The notes: a model not told the origin generated them from the letters alone. A stretch of 63,438 nt of DNA, filler included, from Choristocarpus tenellus KU-1152 (GCA_964200185.2; 13 parts of 13 records of this genome joined end to end with filler, not necessarily neighbours in it), one strand, 5' to 3'; numbered from the whole stretch's first letter, positions 1-13,995 are shown. Numbers and translations are program-made.

Positions 1-1479
1 GATCACACAAAATAAAAGAGAATTACATTGATGTACGCCGTTGAGCGCACGTACGTATATATGGATGGGAGCAACTGTCATGTTGTTTTCAGGCAACAGG
101 CGGTCTTGGGCAGTGAGAAGGTCTAGGAGTGAATTGAATTCGAAGCCGGGCGTATGAACGATGTTTAAGTTTCGAGTGATCCGTCGGACCAGCCTGAAAT
201 CCATGATCGGAAAAACGTGCATTATGGTTTTTAGAAATTAAAAATTCGATTATATTCGTAATTTCAATTAAAAAAAAATACAAAGCACATACTTAATTGA
301 TCTTATACGTTTGAAATGTTCCGAAACGAAAAGGTCACAAAAAACTGATACTCTCTAATTGTCTTAAATACAAAACCTTACATTGTTCGACATTTGTATT
401 TTTAAAAATACAATAATCAACGGAAAGCGAACTTTGAGTTTCTTGGGGACCGATGGACCAGATGAAATAAAGCAGCACCTCCCAGCCCTCACTCCTCATT
501 TCCATTCCTTCCCTTCCGCAGATACCACCAGCAGCTCTTTCTTATCTATCCCCGTCACACCTTCCCAATCTTCGCAATGTCCAACATTCACTCAACAACG
601 ACCCCCCCGTGCGCCAATGGCGCTGCCCACAGATTGAGAGCGTTGGACAGCAATGCCAAGGCATGTCCTCGCTCCTCGAACAGCACTACCTCGGCATGTA
701 CAAGATGAAACTCGGCAACATCACATGCACGGAGATGGTGCGTCCCCTGAGCGAGCGTGGCCATGCGCGCGTCAGCAAGTCTATCCGTGAAAAGGGCTGG
801 CTGGAGCAGCTTGCTCCGTCCACTGTCATCCAACGAGACTGCTTAGGCAACAGGGACCAGCTCACCGCCGACACCGCGCTTGCCGTTCAAGGACGAACAC
901 TGGACGGAAACCATAGAATAATGGTGTTGAAGAGAGAGTTTGATCACGAACGCGCTTTCAATTTAACCAAGCCAACTCAGGGCATACATGTACACGACGA
1001 TCAAACGAAATCGTTGCCGTCCCCCACACACTGTCCTACTACCCCACCTTCGTCGGGATGGATTCCCATTCGTAGCGGGGCCTTCCAAAAGTGCCGCAAC
1101 ATTAAAAAAAAGAAAGATATGTGCACTTTCCGCACACCAATCCGCGTCTCACTCATCCTTAATAAAAAGCTCCATCCTCAATTTTGATGATCGGCTGTTA
1201 CAACATAAAGCTTGTTCTTCGCAGTGTTAGACTGACTACCCGTCATGTAGTCCAGCACTCAAAATGGTAAGGATACTATTCCCCGTCAAATTCGTAGCGG
1301 CTCATTAAAAAAAACAACTATTTTCATCCGCCGTCCAGTCCAAGATTCTTCTCTCCCTCCCCTTGCTTTCTTACAGAGAGGGGAAACCGACTATGGCATG
1401 CTGGATAGATACCAATATTAATACTAATAATATGTATGAATACATGATAAGAGTCACCTACCAACTCACAACTTCTTAC

Positions 1480-1562
1480 TCCTAACTTTAGTTGGTCTTG
1501 AACTGTATTTCCTCCATGGTACACAGCCGCACCTCCTGCAGCATTACCATCAAACAATGCTT
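1480..1562 (-). CDS. Isolated candidate exon with FxxNxAxGGA motif (polymorphic-membrane-protein-like repeat)
   Basis: tag|AAGCATTG...TTAGGA|gtaaga gives EALFDGNAAGGAAVYHGGNTVQDQLKLG. No partner exons were found. Confidence 0.25.
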
Positions 1563-2693
1563 CTATACGAAGACTTAAATGACATAAATGATCAAGAATG
1601 CGACAATACAGCCACCAGTCATTACAAACAAGGATTTGTCATTGAATCAAAGTTCCCTTCTGTCGGCAACTTGCATTGAAAAAGCAAGGGCTGGTCAGAT
1701 ATCAAGAAGATTAATAGATATCAATATATTGTACTGGGTACCATCCATATCACTTACTAAAAGAAAGAGCAAAGAAACATGCGTGTCATGTTCAGATTGA
1801 AGATTGCAACCATGAGCTATATGTGGTCACTGAATGCCAAAGCGCTGCCAAGTCACCACACCAACTTGCCACTTACTTTCTAATCCGCAAACCTGTGGCT
1901 AACCTTCATACTGTATTATAAAAAACAGGGAACAAGGTGAGGGGAACAACACCTTACAGTGCACATCACACCTCCCCCCCCCCTCGTTCTATTCTCCATT
2001 ACTGTGATNNNNNNNNNNATACTTTATTAAAAAAAACAGGAAAAAAGGGGAGGGCAAAAACCACTAAAAGTGAAAATCACGCCTCCCCCCCCCCCTCGTT
2101 CTATTCTCCATTAATGTGATGTAGATTATCACTAAACTTGCAAAAAAAACAGAAAAAAAGCACTGTACATGTGCAAACAGTCCACACAGACCCATACTAC
2201 CCTAACCATACAATAAAAAGTGCATTCACATGGAGCGAACACATGCCAAAACATGCATGGAAAAAGTTCTTCAACACAACATAATTCACTTTACTTCGGT
2301 CCTCCCTGCAATTGTTCTTATACAAGTACAACTATTTCCCTATAACCCTCAATGGGTGTTGTACGCAGTTGATCACTCACATGCCAACCCCCCTTGTCTC
2401 TCAACAAAAGTAGTAGAGGAGTACAAAAAGGTTTGAATCTTGGAAGCAACGGAGCCATTTTGACCTGCTCTATGTAGTGTAAATTTTGCGCAGATATCCT
2501 CAAAAGGCAGTAGCACCTAAGACTGTTCAAGGAAGGGAGGCAGCAGGAATTGTTCCATTCCTGTGTGACGTCACTACCAGCATCAATGCCCCTATGTAGT
2601 GTCTACTTTGTGCAGCTGCCCTCTGAAGGCAGCAGCACTTGTGATAAGTCCACGGCAGGAAAACAACAGAACCTGTTCTTTCCCTTTACAAGG

Positions 2694-2993
2694 TCAATGC
2701 CCTTCCTGCAACATGCTCCTCAGCAAGGCCTGATCCTCTGGAGGCATGCATCCTGCCCACTCCTCCAGTCGCCCCCTGGCCCCACCCTCAGCCCCTCGCA
2801 AAAACCCAACCAGACGGGCAGCCACATCGACATGATAAAGTGGGTATGCCCTTTCCAACTTTTCTTGCTTCCCAGCATCCAATGATACTCTGTCCCTGTC
2901 TGAGGCAGAAGTTAAACCTTCTATTACACTCCCCCCCCCCCCCCCGCCTGTGGCTGCAAACCCCACAAGGTTTCCCCCTTCCCCTCTCACCAA
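2694..2993 (-). CDS. 3' terminal exon, probable importin-beta family (importin-9-like) C-terminus; 5' part off-contig
   Basis: YPLYHVDVAARLVGFLRG...WAGCMPPEDQALLRSML* resembles the IPO9 C-terminal pattern DPLYQIDLQAYLTDFL...LNDNERRVL. Resemblance recalled, not searched. Confidence 0.4.
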   Translation of the reverse strand: MVRGEGGNLVGFAATGGGGGGSVIEGLTSASDRDRVSLDAGKQEKLERAYPLYHVDVAARLVGFLRGAEGGARGRLEEWAGCMPPEDQALLRSMLQEGH

Positions 2994-4089
2994 ANNNNNN
3001 NNNNNNNNNNNNNNNNNNNNNNNNNNNNNNNNNNNNNNTTAATTAATTAANNNNNNNNNNNNNNNNNNNNNNNNNNNNNNNNNNNNNNNNNNNNCAGTTA
3101 TCAATTCTAAACTGTCATCCTACTGCAACCTCCAGTGGAAACAATATGGGGTACTTTCTCTTGCAAGTCCTTAGCGATGTCCCATTGCGTCTCCCACAAT
3201 CCATGAAATGGCAGGGTCCTTAGCAATACATCCAGCGTCTCCTACAATCAACGAAACTTCCCTAGTACATCACCGCTACAAATCTTCGGGACAAAGCATT
3301 ATGGCGGAACTGTCACTTCCTACCTATCCTATCACAATCTCTACGAACATATCAAATAATAATAGTTACTTAGGAACAGTGATGTATGTATCCCATTGAC
3401 TCACAAAATCATACCAGGCCAACTAATGACTGTAAGATTGAACTTCCAATAGAGCCCAATATACAACCTCACGAATCAATAACAGTGATCACAGTTTAGT
3501 TCACAACACCTGCGTGTACAGCGAAAAGATAAACCATTCCCCTGGCACAGAAAAATGATGTTCCGGCATGTTCCCAGGCCCATTGATACACAGCTATTGA
3601 TGTAGTGCAACCCATGATCAATCCTGCAACAAGATGAAGACCTCCACTGGCAACATATTATGTTTAGTTGTGCCTTTACTATTTGGGTAAGGGATGGAGG
3701 ATCTTTGGTCAAAACTACCAACTTATCAAAGAGACGGGATAAATTACCCGCCAATTTTATATAGTTGATCGTATCTCCCCTGTATCACATACCCATACCA
3801 TGTCACATACAACCACCAGTGCAGATACAGCCGCACCCTCTAATCCTGAAGAGTTTGAAAAGCTGGAGACAATTCAAAGGTGGTGGTTTTGAAGAAGGCA
3901 TTTGTAAATACAACTGACTTGTAAACTCTTTATAGACATTATGACTACATTCAGACCAGTTTTGTTTTTCGTTGTCAGAAGATGAGTTAGATTGTTACAC
4001 CACCACTTCCGTTAAATTTCCTCTACAACTAGGTACTAAACCAAACAGTAGACCCTGTATTCCACAGCTAATAAGTACTTAACACCACA

Positions 4090-5345
4090 TGGCAATTTGT
4101 GAACAGTATAGAAAAACAGGGTATTGTCACATCCCCTTCCAGACCATGTGCTTCACCTGGTACCGTTGTTGTGAAACCTGATGATGGCTCTCCACACTTT
4201 TGTGTGGATTTTAGAGGAACGACAACCAAAAATTTGTCATGGCGCTTATTGCTCATGAAAAATTGCTTGTCCACACTAGGAAGTTTGGAATATTTCTCTT
4301 GTCTACCTGTCCATTCAACCTATTGGGACCTACCAACAACGGAGGAATGCGAATATAAACAAGCTGCTTCATGACGCCAGACAGGATAACTGAGTTTCAG
4401 AAACTACCGCTTTGAGGACTAAATGCACCAAGGATCTTCCAATGCTTCATGTCGGGAATGTTCTCTACAACTGATCCTACATCTGGGTAGTTGATTTATT
4501 TAGACAATATTACCTTGACCTCTTTAACTTGGGCACACCACTAACAATTGGCTTATCACGGTAAAACCAACCTCGAAAACCGTGGTGGATAAGCCATCCA
4601 AGGCTCAAGTTTAGCTTGAAGCGAATCCGTTTTTTGGGATATTACGTCAGCTCAAAAGGAACAGCTATACCACAAGCTCATATTCAAGATTTGTTAGAAA
4701 TGCGTCCCCCTCAAAAATTGAAAGGCTTACATTGTTAAGTTCAATTAATTTTGTGAGGAAATACCTCCCTCATCTGATAACTGTTACCGGAATGTTCATG
4801 GAATTGATTCACCTCACAGAGAAGGAGGGGGTCAAGAAAGAAATGCCAAAAGGAATAAAGCATATTTTAAATGTTGTATTACATCTACATGGAATCGTCT
4901 GTAACAGGTTGCCTTTGAAGAATGCAAAAGGCTTTTAGCAATGGCTGCAGTCTATCACTTTCCTGATTTTTTAGAAGATTTTTTCCTACATGTGGATGCC
5001 AGTGATGTTGGGACAGGAGCATTTTTGACTCATAAAAATGACAATGAAATTTTGATCGTTGCAGACCACATCGTCTTACTCTCGTATACCCAAAGGAAAT
5101 ATTCTCCCACACTAGAGAGTGCTGCCTTGCTGTAATTTTGGCAGTCCAACACCAGACTGGAGACCATTATGGGGTAAACATTTCACAGTTATTAGTGACT
5201 GCTCAGCATTACAGCGGTTAAATATAATACAAGACGTGTCCAATCTATAGATTAGATAGGCTCTAGCTCTGCAAAATTTTGCTTTTACCGTCCTTTATAA
5301 GCCTTACAGACCACACTACATCCCAGACAAGTTGTCACAACCTCA
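4090..5345 (+). mobile_element. Degenerate Ty3/Gypsy pol (RT + RNase H); gag/protease relics may extend to ~3100
   Basis: GIVTSPSRPCASPGTVVVKPDDGSPHFCVDFR (RT start). FPDFLEDFFLHVDASDVGTGAFL...SYTQRKYS and HFTVISDCSALQRL...ALALQNFAFTVLYKP (RNase H). Many stops and frameshifts. Confidence 0.85.
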
Positions 5346-5600
5346 ACTGGAAGGCTTCATAAAACACGAATGTAAACCAACCATTTAACCCCCGTACGTC
5401 GAAACATTGGATCGGAAACCAGCACCACTATGAACTTTCCAAATCAACTAAGTCTACCCAGCCTTTGAGTTGTCTGTGAACCATTGGGGTGAAACCACGA
5501 GAGTGACAAATTATTCAGAGCTCTTCGTTAGGTCTGTCAAAGTTTTCCCAGTCTGATTTGTTGATTAGAGATATTAGCCACAGGTCAACATACTGAGTTT

Positions 5601-5665
5601 GAGTGAAAGTATCTTAGAGGGTACGAGTTTTGCCCTGTTTGTCCATTTGGGGCTTGGCTTCCCGT
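5601..5665. mobile_element. MITE family A, partial (cut by contig end)
   Basis: Starts GAGTGAAAGTATCTTAGAGGGTACGAG, matching the terminus of the full copies at 18800 and 37209. Confidence 0.85.
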
Positions 5666-5765
5666 NNNNNNNNNNNNNNNNNNNNNNNNNNNNNNNNNNN
5701 NNNNNNNNNTTAATTAATTAANNNNNNNNNNNNNNNNNNNNNNNNNNNNNNNNNNNNNNNNNNNN

Positions 5766-6250
5766 GAAGGTGACGTCTAGCAGAAGACCTTTGTCTCTGT
5801 ACGGAGCTGTTCCGGCGTCCACTAGTGCCCCTGCGTGGATCACCAGATCCATGCGGAGATTCCTGACCACTGTGAAAGGGCTACCATCCTCCATAGTGCA
5901 AGGGATGCCCATCCCCTTGCATAGTTGGTGTAGGCGTTTTACCATAAGAGTGTGTTGTCGTACCTGTCCCCCTGCCCTGGGGCAGGTGCGGGCATGTCCG
6001 GTATCGACATTTTGCCTCCTGCACCCTGCCACTGGGCACCTGTTTGATAAGGCCTCCTCCCTCCCTAGGGAAGAACAAGGTATTGTTCTTCATGCAGGTG
6101 GATGAAGGTATCCACATAACATACTACAATAACGTGCCTCTGCTGACACATTTCACCCGCAGTTCAATCTGGACAAGGAGGGTGGTGAGGAAGAAGGAAG
6201 AGGCCTTAACAGATACCTCCTCAACGATTTTCATGAGGCTAGGCACCTAA
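5766..6250 (-). mobile_element. CRE-like non-LTR retrotransposon fragment (CCHC finger + start of restriction-like endonuclease)
   Basis: GCRRQNVDTGHARTCPRAG...H...RMDLVI...LLLDVTF matches the CCHC and R(P/M)D..DV layout of RLE-type non-LTR elements. Runs off the left contig end. Confidence 0.7.
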
Positions 6251-8368
6251 GAGGATGATGGTAGTGTGGACATCTTTTCGTAGCGAACTATCCCAAATGT
6301 GACACTAATGTTGATTAGTTGTACAGGTTTTAAGAACAAATAGGATACCATCTTGGATATAATTACTATTACTTGGAAATATTATTGTTGCATAGAAGGT
6401 TCTTGTAGTTCCCTGTTTGTTTTGGTTTGTCTTCGTTGTACCTCCCCTCACACATCTACTAAAAAAGTCAGTAGCATCATATTATTGAGTGATCTTGACT
6501 GATAAATTGATGGAGGCTTGGGAATTGGAGAACAATGAATGGGATGGTAGTAGACCAAACGATCTAGGTACAACTCTCTCTGAAGATTTTATTCCAAAAC
6601 GCCCACTACCCACCAACCAAACAGTGAACTCATTTAATCGTGTAGAAGTATATGTATGGAGGAAAGTGATCCAACGTGTTGCTCTAGGCAAGATATCAAG
6701 GAGGTGACTCTATAGCTACCACGTTAGTATAGTAGTAGTAGTATGTACGTGTTTTGCAAAAGAGAACTACTCAAGTAGAGTATTTTGCTTTATGTGGTAT
6801 GGATGTGTTTATTAGCGGAGTGAGCATAGCCCTCGGTGGTAGGGGAGTGCTCTCTCTTATTATCTTATTGTTTATTGCATATGTCAGCTTACACATCACC
6901 TGACACATCAGAACGTGTCCTGCCGTTACATCGTACTATGTCACCTATCCTGTGAAGCTAGTACTATGTCAGTATTCCTCCATCAGACCAATTATATATA
7001 TCAAGTAATAAGAAATCAATTATCTGAAATTCGAACTTATTACTATAAGCACATGGAAGCAAGCAAAAGACACTTATTGCACTTAGTCAACATTCCTGAT
7101 GTATTGTAGTGGTCACTAATCTGGTATAAACCATATAGACTACCCAGCCTATATTGCACACGTGTGACAGGTCCCTTAGAGTTGGGAATGGGGCCTTGTA
7201 ACTTGGGATACACTCTTTGGTACTACTATTAATACCGATGGTGGTGGTGGTATCGATCTATGTGATGTAAGTTGTTCCCGATTGGTGTGCGAGGTTGACC
7301 TCCGCTTTTCTCTCTAATATTTGTATGACTGTGACTGGATACAATATACATTTTACAAAATATATTACTATACCTCCCTCCTTTCATTACCATCAATTGC
7401 GACCTTGATGCTGGATGCTGGACCTGGTGCCTGTTATATTGTTTTTAGATTTCACTCTAACTCTTAGCCGTCTTTTCTCTTAACATGTTGACCTTTATCC
7501 ATTTTTCCTTCTCTGAATTTATTTTGAATTTATCTTAATTTTTCGTTTGCTTCTCCGTCCTAAAAACTTGTAGGGTTGATTCACATGGATATGGTTACCT
7601 CACCTTTAAAAGGGCCATAAAAATGGCATACCAATGTGAAATCGTATTATTCTGTGGCAGCGTAATTCAGTCAGCAGGCAAGGGTGGCTGAAGAGAATGA
7701 CAGGAAAAGACGGTAGACACAGACCAAGACGAACCGTAACTGAGAGAAAGATGTTAAGGTAGAGTCAAACCAATTGAGAGGTGGGTAGGATTGGACCCTT
7801 TTGCTACGCCATCTTTCTTACTCTGTGCAACACACTCTATTTCAGTGCCTTGTGTGAACAATAGTGCATGCAAAATTGATATTGCCTCTTTCCACACACA
7901 CACTGGCGCCACACTTCAGTAAAGAGTCTTTCTGCAATTGTACAAAATTGTGTATTTTTGCCCTTTCCCGCGATCCTTAAAGTGCAACCCTGCCTACCAC
8001 TCCGTTGATTTGACTCGGTATGAGAAGTCGAAGTGTACAGACTGACGAGAGGGCAGAATGACGGTTCAGACAGTGGAGCTCTCGAAGGATCCCTCAGTTT
8101 ATAATGTGAATGATCCTCACCTGTGGAACCATTCTACTTCACCATGGCCGTCACCAGGGTTCTTGGAAAGAACATCAAATAGTATGACGGTATGTGATCG
8201 GCAAAAAACGGTATGACAACAGACAAGCCTCTTTTCCACATCACCCCTGCTTTTGATGGGTCTTTAAGTCATGCGCAAGCATGATTCAAGGTCAACAAAA
8301 AGGTGAGGTCAAGGAGCAAAAAGGAAAGAGGTGTGATTGTTAGCCTATTCCATTACACCACTATATTA

Positions 8369-8934
8369 TGTCACAGTGCGCTCCAGAAGCTTACCTCCAC
8401 AGGATGTGTAGATCCAATCCACAGGCCTATAGATGACACTGATATTCGTACAGGGCCCCCAGTACAGGGCTCCCAGGATACTTCACCGGATGTGTGGCTC
8501 CAATCTGTAGGCCTACAGATGACGCTGATGTTCGTACAAGGCTCCCAGGATACTTCGACAGTCAAAGGGGTCCAATCCACAGGTTAACGAACGTCAACTC
8601 AGCAGAACAGGGGTACTCTTAATGAATCAATAAGCATGAGAATTATAATCGGTATCAGTTAAGAGTAATCCTGTGTGTGTTTGAGCCCTTTGGGAGCTGA
8701 GCCATTTAGAGCCGTTTTTAGGATCTCTTATCACCATTATTTACGATTAGGGTTTATTTGGTTTACAGACGTTGGAATACATCTGAGAACCGTTGCGACC
8801 TTCCCAAGTTACAGGTTGTATTCTGCAACTTTTTTGCAAATCGGAGTTACCGCTTTTGGGGTTCCCCACGCATGTACACTGCTCGCGCCGCTTAAATCGC
8901 GGGGAAAAAATGCTTGCGCTATTCGCCTGTAACA
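8369..8934. mobile_element. Probable solo LTR (566 bp) with internal degenerate ~70-bp tandem repeats
   Basis: Termini TGTCACAG...CTGTAACA (7/8 inverted match, TG..CA); flanks ATTA/ATTT. GGATGTGT..TCCAATC..AGGCCTA.AGATGAC.CTGAT.TTCGTACA.GGC is repeated within 8400-8585. Confidence 0.55.
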
Positions 8935-9165
8935 ATTTCGCATGACTTCAATGATACAGAGTGAAGTGTAACACATGAGCGTGGCATGAATGAATATCTG
9001 ATCAGGACCAAAAATAAGTTGACGGTTTGTAGTCAGCATAGCAATCAATTGTTTATGGTATGTGAGTGTATGAGGCGGCATGTTGGTCAGCCAAAATACA
9101 AGTGAGGTTGGTGGCATGTAGTCAGCATAGTATTGTCAAGCTAAAGGTCTGAGGGCATGGGATCA

Positions 9166-9204
9166 GAGTCAAAGTATCTTAGAGGGTAGAGCCGCGTCCA
9201 TTTG
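9166..9204. mobile_element. MITE family A, partial (cut by contig end)
   Basis: GAGTCAAAGTATCTTAGAGGGTAGAG terminus. Confidence 0.8.
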
Positions 9205-10632
9205 NNNNNNNNNNNNNNNNNNNNNNNNNNNNNNNNNNNNNNNNNNNNTTAATTAATTAANNNNNNNNNNNNNNNNNNNNNNNNNNNNNNNNNNNNNNNN
9301 NNNNTTGTTGTGTATGGGGCCCCCCGTGTGCGCCCCCCCCCCCCCCCCCCCCCCAAGATACTTTGACCCTGACCACAACCAATCACAATGGAGATTGATG
9401 TGGATGTCACTTTGAGGCTGCCAACATACACTCAGCATAACTCAGTCTCATCTCTCACTTCCTTTCTAAACCTCATCTCTGGTGGTTCTCATCACTCCCC
9501 ATCACACAGAACCAGACCCCATAACACTACCAAGTATTAAAAACGTCTGGGGACATTACACAAACAGAAACGTTACACCACAAGTTCAACTCAGTCAATC
9601 ATTTCAACAGCGCAGTGCAAGCCCATAATTTGCATACCCAACCAATCATTTCAAGAAATGGTTACCACACTGAGTTGCGTTCAAAACACATCTAATGATT
9701 CGATCTCGCTACACCAAGCTACTAATCTTGGAAATTCTACATTCCTTACCCTCTCGTACTACCCACATCGACTCCTCAAAAAGGCAGGGCCCACGAAAGA
9801 GTTTTGCATCTATGTTGCATTGTCTTTTATTTTACTCTAGTAGAAATGTCGCCTATCCCTTTTGCTTTGCCTTTTCTTTTCTACAGGTCATTTTTCTGTC
9901 TTTTTTCTTTTTCAATCTTAGGAACATTTGGACCAATCAAATAGGCTACCCATTGAATACATGTGCTTCATCTAACCTGGCGTGCACACAGTGGTAAGAT
10001 TCAAGGTGGTGAAAGAGAGTGCAAAATAGACGCACTGTATCAGTTCAACATGAAATATAGAATTTTCCATTGGTGGGAATGTTGCTTTTCATATCATGTT
10101 ACGTACACCTCCTATCTCGGTAGGACTCTTACCTCACCCTGGTTCACAACACAAAAAAGGGAGCGAGAAGGAGAACTTCGGCATGAAGTGCCACACCTCA
10201 GGAGTATCTAGTATGTGCTGCTCTGATTGGTACTTTCAAGTACCTCAAGCACACCAACAGCGATATGGTGAGCATAAACTCCGCCGCACAAGCATTGTTG
10301 TGCCTGCTCACAAAAAGTGATTTCGATTCCATACACAAAAAGACAACACTTCTAAAAAACAGGAAAAAATATGTATGGCAGGGTGTCTTTTTTCTATTTC
10401 AAGCCAAGAATAGCAGGTACCATTAGGAGTAGTAATCTGTACAAACTGTTTCAATGAGCTACGAGTTGAGACACTAAAAACAAAATGGTCCCACTTCCAC
10501 ACACCCAACACAAAACAAACGCCCAGGGCGAGCGTAGAAGAGGGTTAGCCAAAAAAGGGCCACAAAAACAGCACAAAAAAACAACAGCAATCAACCAACA
10601 TCCCCAATCCTCCCTCTACTCCCGGAGCAACA

Positions 10633-13600
10633 TTATTGGAGAGGGTACTTTTCTTCCACGAGACCTGAACCGGTACCAGATCCCTCTTTCTGAACCCGGA
10701 AGCCGAAAACTCTAGGTATGTACTGGTGAGGGTTTGGGGATGGTTCCAGCTTGGGTTGATCCAGTAGGAGGAGGTGGGCAAGTGTGGTCCCCCAGTATGC
10801 ACCATCTCTATCGCGTACATAGCCAGATGGATAGAACAGGTCCCCGCACCTTGGGCAGAAGACCTGCTCACAGAAATTACAAAAGCAGTCATGGAGTTTT
10901 TGATGTCGATTGATCAACTTGGCCATAGGAATTATTGGGAGTGTTTCTTGAAGGGAGACAAGAAAGATTCAGTGTTCGGGCTCAACAGTAATACTGTGGT
11001 AAATATTTTTTGGATCATAAAAAAAAAAGAGGTAAGATCAGGTTAAGGGAGAGGGGGCGGCTCCTTTGCATCCCATTGGGCCAAATTGTGATGTGCTCCA
11101 GTATGACCCATAGTATTGGCAAACAAATTGGCCTACATGCCATGCCCCCTAGGTCTACTCATCGATTTTGTCATGAGTCTGTATATGAACAATCATTGCT
11201 GTGAAGCCCGGAATGGAGCAACCAGCACAACATCATGTCAAATGGAAAGAAGTGGGAAGGGTTGAGATCAGTTTGGAAGGCCAGAACCCCTCACTAAATC
11301 CCTCTGCTGCTGTCGTAGATGATGCATTATTCAAGGGATGGGGATATAGAAATCAAAGATGCTTATACACTCTATATATAGCTCCTGCCCCTCCTTCACA
11401 GGTGGTTCTTCATAATATAAATATGAGAAGTCAGTGGGTTTGGGTGATGTGGTTTGGTTTTTGCCTTCTACCTCTTATGTTCCACAGTTTCCCCACACAG
11501 CATAGCATTCCTCTCACCTTCACTGAGCTCTGCATAGGGCGATCCGTTTCTCCCACAGGAAGCACTGGCTGACCTTGGCAATAAACTCTACACATGGGTA
11601 AATACACACACATATGCAAAACATGTAATTACGTACATACGCCAGCATCAGCGTGCCAGTGTGCCATTGGTGATTGCGTAGTAGGGGGAGAAGAGCAAAG
11701 GTAAAGATTCAGAATCATCCCTTACTCCTGTTGCTGACACCCTTCAGTAAAGCACATGCTTCAAACCAACACAAGCACATGTAAGCTTTGTGGACAGACA
11801 CCAGAAGTCCTGGTTATCAATTTATCTTAAAATATCCCGCTCCACTGTTGAAGAAAAGACACAACACAAAATTACTTGGGTGGGAGGAAAAAACAAAACA
11901 GACACCCATAATAGATGGGCCTTACTCATACATGACAACAGCTCACACCAAAATTGAACCTTCGGCTCTAAAAAACTGGTCCTATCGATGCTGTTTAGAG
12001 CTTTTTTGTCTATGCCTAATTGATGCTCGAGGTAGTCCACACAAATGAAGTCTATCATGAGTGCCTTCTACACTACTGTCAGCATGTACTCAATCTAATA
12101 TGCAAACACAAGTCAAAGAAATGGCCCAGCCTGAAGAGTATAGTTGAGTCTCCTCTATGGCAATTTGTCTATTCTTGCTGAAAGGGATGCCAAAATGAGA
12201 AATAATAGTGTGCAACAAGGTACACCCCAATCTGTCAGTGGTGCATAGAAGTTCTGCACGGGTAGTAAATACAAACAGTTCACACGCATTACACATAATC
12301 AGTATCAAGATATTGGTGTATACCCACGCCACTTGAGATAATCAACCAGGTTGCACAAACGCACACACATGCAAAGACACACATACAAAGATACACATGT
12401 GAATCCTCCATGTATCTCTAGTCCCCTGACCTGGGGCATCTTCCAAAATGTGCTCGGTTGAACTTATCCCGAACAGCTTGGAGCCCTTGTGTTGTTACCA
12501 CATACCTGTGACACATGAGATATACACATTAAACTATACGAGTTAACGCACAAATTCAGAACGCAAACACCAACACTCAACAAACATTTTGCATGGCATG
12601 GTTATGCACCAGTAGACAAATGGTCACAGTAGCACGACCTCAGCAACTGCCCTCATTGCACCACAAGGCAGATGTGTCATTCTCAGTAGCCTTATGTTGA
12701 TTGTCGCAGCAGTAAAAAACAGGGCTGTCACAAGAGGCAACACTAGCAATACTCTGCAAGGGGCTCATAACGCCAATCCAATCGCTATACCTGGCGTGTA
12801 CCAGTCCATACAGCAAGGCCGCAGAAGACTGAATGATGGCAGCCTTCTCACCCTCCATTGCACTTATTGCGCTAGAGAGAGAATGAGAGTATTCAACATG
12901 CACAACAGGTTGTGCACATTCTAGGAATTTAGCAGGCAGGTGAGGGAAAGAGCGACTGAACAAAGGGAGGGGTTGAAGTCTTGAGCCGAACAAGCTACAT
13001 GATGATAAGGGGGAATCACTTTAGAGTAATGATTGAAAACGCAGACCACAATGACAGCAGTCACTGTGATGGTGGAAATGGTAATACAAGTCCCAAAGCA
13101 GCACTATCAACTAACTCATGCAACAGTACCATCGTTGCCACTCAAAAGGTTTAATGTCTAGGCTTTATGGGGACGTGCCGGTTTCACCTCGTTCGTTCAA
13201 GTCCTCAACATTCAGAGCATCGGTCCCAGACCCTTGCTGCCAAAATATCCGTATTTTGGTGTGCACATGGGGGGAGCTGACCTTTCCCCTAAGAGAAGAC
13301 TCAGGGCACTCTGGTAGTACGGGATGTTGACCCCCCTTCCGATGTCTATCAGGTTAAGGCTCTCTCTGATGAATTCTACAGGGACCTGGGGTAATGATAA
13401 CATATGCAAGGAATGGGGGGAAGTGGCGTTCCTCAACTGTTGAGATACTGACTCTAACAGATTCATCCTGGCAGGATGATCATTAGTATTCCATTACTTT
13501 GTTGGTACGGGAATGAGAACGTTCGCCTCCCCATGTCAACGAAGGGATTCATTGCTAAAAATTCTGGGTCGCAATGACGCATAACAATCCTCAAAAACAT

Positions 13601-13995
13601 CCAATATTCGCATCACTCTGTAGAAGAGTAGGCAAGTAATGGTAGGTAGGTAGTCCGTCTTGGATATTGGTCTGTCCTCACAACACGAAATACATCAAGG
13701 TTCGACGTTCTATCCCACACTAAACGGTACATCTCCACTGATGGACTCATCCCTCACTATCAAAAGAGAGTGCTAACCCCACCAGTTCCTCGCAGTGCTC
13801 GATGTGTTGAACTCCACCATTAATCGAAACAAACCAATATCCACTTGCTTGCATATTGCCATTGAAACAACTTAGCGCGACTCTAATTATCTATACGATC
13901 GACCAGGGACTTGCCATAGCCTCTTTCGTTTGATATGTCACCTCAGTGAAGAACTCGTTGCCAGGGGTTTGACAAAAGATCTGGATCCAAGTCAT
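10633..13995 (-). CDS. CKB: Casein kinase II regulatory (beta) subunit, divergent. Exons (13995 or upstream)-13942, 13385-13282, 12871-12791, 12505-12431, 11587-11518, 10863-10633
   Basis: Spliced in phase at GT-AG sites: MTWIQIFCQTPGNEFFTE/VPVEFIRESLNL...YYQSALSLLLGE/...SAALLYGLVHAR/YVVT...FGRCPR/VYCQGQPVLPVG.../VFCPRCGDLF...DGAYWGTT...YIPRVFGFRV. Zn-ribbon CPRVYC...CPRC is intact. Start codon uncertain. Confidence 0.9.

Noticed and set aside
609-1187. 192-aa ORF
   Set aside because: No recognisable domain and a non-ATG start. Probably decayed transposon or chance.
1908-2120. ~100-bp tandem duplication around a 10-N gap
   Set aside because: The same sequence flanks a gap next to a poly-C run with A-biased differences, typical of unmerged low-quality read ends.
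6489-6707. Possible PIF/Harbinger transposase C-terminal remnant
   Set aside because: No diagnostic LHN or DDE motif could be recovered.
9166-9369. Single MITE spanning the gap
   Set aside because: The left end is family A and the right end is family B, on separate contigs.
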